Assembly: GCA_041497895.1 (NCBI GenBank)
Contig: JBGQHJ010000158.1
Span: forward strand, 1 to 11,191
Origin: Candidatus Methylomirabilia bacterium
GTDB lineage: Bacteria; Methylomirabilota; Methylomirabilia; Rokubacteriales; CSP1-6
Length of the DNA stretch: 11,191 nt
Reading direction: 5' to 3'
Part shown: in pieces, positions 6,070 to 11,191 of the stretch
Position numbering within the stretch: the first letter of the stretch is position 1
Layout: each line of letters begins with the position of its first letter
The notes under the pieces: model-generated
Told to the model about the DNA's origin: nothing
Database searches by the model: none
The model's input: only the letters and a program-made list of their open reading frames with translations
Program-made: the position numbers and the translations under genes

Positions 6070-7503
6070 CTAGGCGTGCCAGTCCGGGTAGGTCTGCGGC
6101 GAGAGCTGGTCCGCGCTCCGCCCGGCCCAGTCCGACTTGGCCATGCGCGGCCACATGCGATCGCCCGCCGCCTGGAGCGCGCCCAGGATGGCCCCGTCGT
6201 CCGCGGCGAGCACCTTGCCACCGTCCACCACCAGGCGCCCATTGACGTAGACCCGGTCCACGTCCTCGTCGGCCGCGTTGTAGACGATGTTCTTGATCGG
6301 GTCGCGCAGCGGGGTCATCCGCCACGAGGTGGCCTTCCACAACACGAGGTCGGCCTTGGCCCCGGGGGCGATGCGCCCGAGGTCGTCGCGCCCGAGCGCC
6401 CGCGCTCCGCCGAGGGTGGCCGCATCGAAGGCGTGCGCGGCGGTGGTGAGCTCGGTGTGACGCTCCACGATCTTCGAGCAGACCGCGGCCCAGCGCATGG
6501 CCTCGATCACGCTCTGGGGGTTGGTGTCGGTCCCGAGCGACATGTTGACGCCGGCCGCGCGGTAGCGCGCGAAGGATTCCATGACCACACCCCGCCGCGC
6601 GAACACCCACACCGCGTGGGCCACCGAGCAGCCGGCGTCGGCCATGACCGCCACGTCGCCCGCCGGGTAGTTCGTCCAGGAGGAGCCGCCCACGATGATG
6701 GCGTGGCCGAGGATGGTATTGGGCCCGAGCACGCCCAGCTCGCGCATCCAGGCGATGGGCGTCTTGCCGTGACGGGCCACCATCTCGTTGAACTCCACCA
6801 CCGACTGCGAAGTGTGCACCTGGTACGGCACCCGCGCCTCGTCGGCGTGGCGCTTCGCTTCCTGGAGCAGCGCAGGAGTGCAGGTGTCGATCTGGGCCGG
6901 CGCGAAGAAGCAGCGCACGAGGCCACCGTGCGCCCCGTCGTGCCGCGCGTGGAAGTCGACCGCGCGCCGGAGGCCCTGGCGGCCCTGCTCCTCGTCCCAC
7001 TCCCACTCCGCGCGCTTGCCGTCCCGCGTGAGCCACCGTCCCGAGCGGAAGGCCTGGCCCACGTAGACGCGGAGGCCGTAGTGGGCGGCGCGCTCCACCA
7101 CGTACTCGCCCTGGCCGCCGATCTCCATCACGGTGGTGACCCCGCCACGCAGCAGCTCGGGCATCGAGAAGTCCACGCAGGCGTGTCCGCCCTCCTCGTC
7201 CTGGGCCTCGCTGCGCACCGGCAGCATCTCGAAGAGGCCGGAGAACCAGAACTGGGGATTGCCGCGGTCCTCGATGAACGACCGGTCGAGCGGCGAGCCA
7301 CCGATGTGGGCGTGGGTCGAGATCAGTCCGGGGGTGACGACGCGGTCGCGCGCGTCCACCGTCTCGTCCACCGTTCCGTCGAAGCGCGGGCCGACCGCGA
7401 GGATGTGGTCGCCTTCCATGACCACGACCCCGTCGCGCAGGAGGCGGTGGCCGCGGCCGTCGAAGGCGAGGACGTAGCCGGCCCGGATCGCGGTGCGCCT
7501 CAT
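6070..7503 (-). CDS. Amidohydrolase superfamily protein (chlorohydrolase/deaminase, Atz/Trz/MtaD-like)
   Basis: PGLISTHAH (HxH), GGVTT, QVHTSQ, ILGH, LGTD, and ATLGGARALGRDDLGRIAPGAKADLV. Start set to ATG 7503 (MRRTAIRAGYVL). The longer ORF-track start would overlap the divergent gene. Confidence 0.9.
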   Translation of the reverse strand: MRRTAIRAGYVLAFDGRGHRLLRDGVVVMEGDHILAVGPRFDGTVDETVDARDRVVTPGLISTHAHIGGSPLDRSFIEDRGNPQFWFSGLFEMLPVRSEAQDEEGGHACVDFSMPELLRGGVTTVMEIGGQGEYVVERAAHYGLRVYVGQAFRSGRWLTRDGKRAEWEWDEEQGRQGLRRAVDFHARHDGAHGGLVRCFFAPAQIDTCTPALLQEAKRHADEARVPYQVHTSQSVVEFNEMVARHGKTPIAWMRELGVLGPNTILGHAIIVGGSSWTNYPAGDVAVMADAGCSVAHAVWVFARRGVVMESFARYRAAGVNMSLGTDTNPQSVIEAMRWAAVCSKIVERHTELTTAAHAFDAATLGGARALGRDDLGRIAPGAKADLVLWKATSWRMTPLRDPIKNIVYNAADEDVDRVYVNGRLVVDGGKVLAADDGAILGALQAAGDRMWPRMAKSDWAGRSADQLSPQTYPDWHA

Positions 7504-7513
7504 TTCCGGCCCG

Positions 7514-7542
7514 AGCCTAGCCGCGCGCTCCGGGCAAGTCAA
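7514..7542 (-). promoter_or_regulatory. sigma70-type promoter for the amidohydrolase (near-leaderless)
   Basis: Minus strand reads TTGACT-N17-TAGGCT, then 10 nt, then ATG. Confidence 0.65.
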
Positions 7543-7549
7543 GGCGCGG

Positions 7550-7555
7550 TAAGAT
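7550..7555 (+). promoter_or_regulatory. -10 element, probable leaderless start of the LD-carboxypeptidase gene
   Basis: TAAGAT, then 6 nt, then ATG (7562). No SD and no clear -35. Confidence 0.5.
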
Positions 7556-7561
7556 CGAAGC

Positions 7562-8524
7562 ATGACGCCCATCAAGCCGTGCCGCCTCGCGCCCGGACAC
7601 ACCATCGGCCTGGTGTCGCCATCCTCGGCTCCCAACGAGCCCGAGCGCCTCCGCTTCGCCGCCGAGACCATCGAGTCGCTCGGCTTCCGGGTGAAGCCCG
7701 GCGCTCACCTGCACGATCGGGACGGCTACCTGGCGGGCTCGGACGCGGCCCGCGCCCACGACCTCAACGCCATGTTCGCCGACGACGCGGTGGACGCTAT
7801 CTGGTGCGTGCGCGGCGGCTACGGCGCCTCGCGGCTCCTGCCCGCCCTCGACTTCGAGCTGATGCGGCGCAAGCCCAAGGCGTTGATCGGCTACAGCGAC
7901 ATCACCGCGCTCCACATGGCCATCCAGCGCCACGTGGGTCTCGTGACCTTCCACGGCCCGGTGGCCTGGCGCGCCTTCACGCCCTACACGCTCGGCGCGC
8001 TCCGGCGCGTGCTGTGGCGCGCCGAGGCCCCCGCGCGCCTGGCCGAGCCGCCCCCCTTCGAGCGGCGCGAGGGCCAGGTGGATTGGGACAACCGGGTGGC
8101 GACGCTGGTACCCGGGAAGGCGCGCGGGCGGCTGCTCGGCGGCAACCTGTGCCTGATGTCGCACCTGGTCGGCACGCCCTACCTTCCCGACCTGCGGGGC
8201 AGCATCCTGTTCCTCGAGGACATCGAGGAGGCGTACTACCGGATAGACCGGATGCTGACCCAGCTCTGGCTGGCCGGCGCGCTCGAGGGCGTGGCGGGCA
8301 TGGCCTTCGGCAAGTTCACGAACTGCGATCCGTCGCCGTTCTTCCTGCAGAACCGTTCGCTGGAGGAGATCCTGGCCGAGCGCTTCCAGTCCCTGGGCAT
8401 CCCCACGGTCAGCGGCGTGATGATCGGCCACATCGACGATCAGGCCACCCTGCCGGTCGGCTGCCTCGCCGAGCTCGACGCCGACGCGGGCACGCTCACG
8501 TTGCTCGAGCCGGGAGTGACCTAG
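7562..8524 (+). CDS. ldcA: LD-carboxypeptidase, peptidase family S66 (LdcA/MccF-like)
   Basis: RGGYGASRLL, GYSD (Ser nucleophile), FHGP, GGNL, LFLED (Glu) and IGH (His) give a complete Ser-Glu-His triad. The symbol is family-level; MccF-like specificity is not excluded. Confidence 0.9.
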   Translation: MTPIKPCRLAPGHTIGLVSPSSAPNEPERLRFAAETIESLGFRVKPGAHLHDRDGYLAGSDAARAHDLNAMFADDAVDAIWCVRGGYGASRLLPALDFELMRRKPKALIGYSDITALHMAIQRHVGLVTFHGPVAWRAFTPYTLGALRRVLWRAEAPARLAEPPPFERREGQVDWDNRVATLVPGKARGRLLGGNLCLMSHLVGTPYLPDLRGSILFLEDIEEAYYRIDRMLTQLWLAGALEGVAGMAFGKFTNCDPSPFFLQNRSLEEILAERFQSLGIPTVSGVMIGHIDDQATLPVGCLAELDADAGTLTLLEPGVT

Positions 8525-8533
8525 CCCCGCGCC

Positions 8534-9973
8534 TCAGTTCGAACGCCCGATCGCCCGCTGGAGGTCGGCCAGTGGCACCATCCGCCCATGCAGGGGCAGG
8601 AGCCGATCCACCGACAGCGCGAGCCGCGTGATGTTGTCGGCCAAGTTCACGCTCAACGGATTGATGATCGCCGGCGTGGGCGCGTTCGGCAGGCCGGGGG
8701 TGAACGCGTCCGCCTGGATCAGCAGACGCTCCGCCGGCAGGTAGACCAGCAACAGGCCGTCGGCGTGGGTGTTGCCCGCCATGTGATGGATCTCGACGGT
8801 GCGCGCCCCGTCGGTGAGCACGTGCTTGTCGCGCACGCCCTCGACCACGACGTTCCGCCGGGCGTCCTGCTGGCGATCCGGGGTCATGGTGGCGGGCGCC
8901 ATCAGGGACGTCTCGAAGAAGGCCCGGTTGGTCTCGTGGGTGATCACCGGGATGCCCTCCGCCGCGAACGCGCGGAGCCCGCCCGAGTGATCGAAGTGGT
9001 GGTGACTGTTGATCACCGCGCGGATCGGCTTGCCCGGCACCAGACGCCGCGCCTCCGCGATCACCGCGGTCGCCCGCTCGTCGTTGAGCGGTGCCTCCAC
9101 CACGATCACGTGGTCCTTCATCTCGATCACCACACTGTGGTGGCTGCCTCCGGTCAGGTACCAGACGCCGGCGGCCGCCGGCTCGCTCGTCACCTGCGCG
9201 TAGGGCCTGGTCGCCTGCCGGATGGCGTCCGGCACCTGGATGTCGACCGGCGCGTTCGGGCGCACGTCGGTGACCGTGAAGTCCACCACCGGGAACCCGC
9301 CCGCGGTCTGACGGATGCGGGTCGGGAACTTCACCGCGCCGAACTCGCGATAGTCGGCATACCTGATCTCGACCGGCATGTCGCCCACCACCGGGCTCGA
9401 CAGCACCGCCTCGACCCTCTCGATCAGATTGCTTCCATCGAGCGTGGCCCGGATCGTATAGCGCCCGAGTACCGCGAACGCGATGGTGCGCCCCTGCACG
9501 GTGGCGTGGCTGGCCATCGCGGCCCAGATCACCCCGTGGGGCGTGGTCCAGAGCTGGAGCTGACGCTCAACCAGGGCCACCGGCGCGGGCGCAGCGGCCT
9601 CCCCTACCAAGTTCCACGCCAGATCACCGCTCACCACCGCGACCTGCCGCGCCTCGCCGACCGTGGGAACGCCCCCGCCGCGCGGCGGCAGCTCGGCCCG
9701 CAACCGCACCTGGTCATCGCGCAGCGACGCGGTCTCGTAGTTCATTGCCCGCGTGAAGGAGGGGATGTTGAACCGCGGCCACGCCGACCCCGGCACCACG
9801 CTCTGGCCGACGGCGAAGCTCACCCCGCTCGCCGAGTACTCGAGCGTCCTGAGGGCCCCGGCCCCCAGGGCCAGGGCGGCGCGCTCGAGGGTTGGCTGCC
9901 CGTCCTCGGCTACGGCGGGGCGCGAAGAGCACAGCAGCACGACCGTGGCCAGCATCGCGAGCACTCTACGCAT
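8534..9973 (-). CDS. Secreted metallo-beta-lactamase-fold hydrolase with a large N-terminal beta-rich domain
   Basis: Signal peptide MRRVLAMLATVVLLCSSRPAVA, SHHHFDHSGG (HxHxDH), THADG, QAD and PLHG. ATG 9973 overlaps the upstream stop by 8 nt (ATGCGTAG). Confidence 0.88.
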   Translation of the reverse strand: MRRVLAMLATVVLLCSSRPAVAEDGQPTLERAALALGAGALRTLEYSASGVSFAVGQSVVPGSAWPRFNIPSFTRAMNYETASLRDDQVRLRAELPPRGGGVPTVGEARQVAVVSGDLAWNLVGEAAAPAPVALVERQLQLWTTPHGVIWAAMASHATVQGRTIAFAVLGRYTIRATLDGSNLIERVEAVLSSPVVGDMPVEIRYADYREFGAVKFPTRIRQTAGGFPVVDFTVTDVRPNAPVDIQVPDAIRQATRPYAQVTSEPAAAGVWYLTGGSHHSVVIEMKDHVIVVEAPLNDERATAVIAEARRLVPGKPIRAVINSHHHFDHSGGLRAFAAEGIPVITHETNRAFFETSLMAPATMTPDRQQDARRNVVVEGVRDKHVLTDGARTVEIHHMAGNTHADGLLLVYLPAERLLIQADAFTPGLPNAPTPAIINPLSVNLADNITRLALSVDRLLPLHGRMVPLADLQRAIGRSN

Positions 9974-10712
9974 CTCGGGGCCCCCCAGGTCGGATGTGCG
10001 TCCAGAACCGGTCGAGCTCGGCCGCGACCGCGTCGGGGCGCTCGAGCTGCCACCAGTGCGAGCAGGCGGGAAAGCAGACGAAGCGGGCGCCGGTACGCTC
10101 GGCCAGTCGCGCGCCGAAGCGGGACGCCGCATAGGGATCGCCCTCGCCCCAGAGCACGAGGCCCGGGGCGGTCACGCGCGCGAGGTCGCCGGACCATTCG
10201 CGGCCCACGTTCACCGCCGACCGATAGAGTGCGAGGATGCAGCGCTTCATGGTGGAGTCGACGCGGGCCGCGGCGTCCGCCGCATCGGCCGCGGGCACTC
10301 CGGCCGCGGCCAGGGCCTTCTCCATCGCGGGCGCGGTGGTCGCCTCCATCATCCGCTCGCCCACCTCGGGCGTCTGCCACAGCCGCGCCGCCTGGTGCCA
10401 TTCGTAGTCCGGATCGAGCGGGGCCCCACCCACCGCCCAGCTCCGTACCCGGTCGGGCGCGAGCGACACCGCGCGCACCACGAGCAGCGCGCCCCAGTCG
10501 TGGCCGACCACGTCGATCGGGCCCGGCTGGGCGGCGAGCTCGTCGAGCAGCCACCGCACGTAGGCCTCCTTGGTGGCGTCGAACCCGTCGGGCGTGGGCC
10601 GGCCGAAGCCAGGCAGCGAGAGCGTGACCACGTCCTGCCGCGACAATCGCGCGAGGACCGCCTGCCACACGCGGGACGTATCGGGCACGCCATGGACGAA
10701 GACGGCGGGCAT
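9966..10712 (-). CDS. Alpha/beta-fold hydrolase (epoxide hydrolase/haloalkane dehalogenase-like)
   Basis: FVHGVPD oxyanion motif, LPGFG, GHDWG (Asp nucleophile elbow), WGEGDPY (acid) and SHW (His). Confidence 0.9.
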   Translation of the reverse strand: MPAVFVHGVPDTSRVWQAVLARLSRQDVVTLSLPGFGRPTPDGFDATKEAYVRWLLDELAAQPGPIDVVGHDWGALLVVRAVSLAPDRVRSWAVGGAPLDPDYEWHQAARLWQTPEVGERMMEATTAPAMEKALAAAGVPAADAADAAARVDSTMKRCILALYRSAVNVGREWSGDLARVTAPGLVLWGEGDPYAASRFGARLAERTGARFVCFPACSHWWQLERPDAVAAELDRFWTHIRPGGPRDA

Positions 10713-10720
10713 GGTGGTCG

Positions 10721-10749
10721 ATCCTAGAGATGCCGCGACGATGAGTCAA
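10721..10749 (-). promoter_or_regulatory. sigma70-type promoter, probable leaderless mRNA for the alpha/beta hydrolase-MBL pair
   Basis: Minus strand reads TTGACT-N17-TAGGAT, then 8 nt, then ATG (10712). No SD. Confidence 0.7.
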
Positions 10750-11183
10750 GCGAAGGCGAGGGTGAAGCGGGATGAGCCTACTGCGGATGCTGCTCTACAG
10801 CGCGTCCTGTCTTCCGGCTGCTCGGGCTGCTCGTCCTCGAAGGTGGGCGCGACCTCGTCCGGGGCCGGAGCCAGGAGCCAGCCGGCGACCTCGTACAGGG
10901 TGGCGGGGGTGGGATCGCCGACCGCGCCGAACAGATCCTGCGCCTCCCGCAGGCTCATCACGCACACGTCGGAGGTGGGTCGTCCTTCGCGGGCCTTGCG
11001 CATCAGCTGGGCCTGCTTGGGTGTCGTGACGAGCCAGAGCATCGCACCCGGCAGGTAGTCGACACGGACGGCGAGCACGTCGCCCAGGTGGAGGAGGCTC
11101 TCGTAGAACTCCCGGCCGCGGCGCGACAGCGTCCGGTGGTGCCTCAGGACCTCCTGCAGCGTGACCACGCTCGGCGTCATCAT
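10746..11183 (-). CDS. Hypothetical protein with an acidic C-terminal stretch (both ends uncertain)
   Basis: High-GC3 codons for about 125 codons, but no family I recognise. The frame is open to the window edge, so the true start may be upstream. The last ~20 codons have atypical usage. Confidence 0.6.
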   Translation of the reverse strand: MMTPSVVTLQEVLRHHRTLSRRGREFYESLLHLGDVLAVRVDYLPGAMLWLVTTPKQAQLMRKAREGRPTSDVCVMSLREAQDLFGAVGDPTPATLYEVAGWLLAPAPDEVAPTFEDEQPEQPEDRTRCRAASAVGSSRFTLAFA

Positions 11184-11191
11184 GGCGCGTA

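Noticed and set aside
7562..8524. Microcin C immunity (MccF) implying a toxin cluster
   Set aside because: There is no microcin precursor, adenylyltransferase or exporter in the window. A generic S66 peptidase is the simpler call.
1299..10712. A single catabolic pathway or biosynthetic cluster made of all the hydrolase/lyase genes
   Set aside because: The genes alternate in orientation, mostly have separate promoters, and lack a shared regulator, permease or core biosynthetic enzyme.
842..10727. Long alternative-frame or antisense ORFs (e.g. 842-2332, 1230-3368, 3576-4961, 5555-7036, 6076-8631, 7517-8431, 8588-10627, 9753-10727)
   Set aside because: They are Arg/Gly/Pro/Ala-rich shadow frames of well-supported genes, expected in high-GC DNA, with no recognisable motifs.
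1..11191. CRISPR array, tRNA/rRNA, IS element or prophage genes
   Set aside because: I saw no regularly spaced repeats, cloverleaf or rRNA signatures, terminal inverted repeats, or transposase/integrase/phage motifs.

Overview
High-GC bacterial chromosomal window. The gene style resembles soil/sediment lineages such as Ca. Rokubacteria, but that is inference only. I find no RNA genes, mobile elements or CRISPR arrays. Two gene classes are interleaved. (1) Metabolic genes: an enolase-superfamily (mandelate racemase subgroup) enzyme with a 3' frameshift, a cyclase-family metal hydrolase, a stand-alone GAF protein, an amidohydrolase, an S66 LD-carboxypeptidase, a secreted metallo-beta-lactamase-fold protein and an alpha/beta hydrolase. 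Five of these have sigma70-like -10 boxes only 6-10 nt before an SD-less ATG, suggesting leaderless mRNAs. (2) Envelope/signalling units, each preceded by a correctly spaced sigma54 (-24/-12) motif: a truncated pseudo-receiver gene (Asp->Asn, absent from the ORF track), a Gly-rich PEP-CTERM protein, and an operon of an orphan TAXI-type binding protein plus a Pro/Ala-rich membrane protein. The two operon proteins end in similar A[IV]xxLL helices. The best candidate for an undescribed system is this dispersed sigma54-controlled surface/signalling module.
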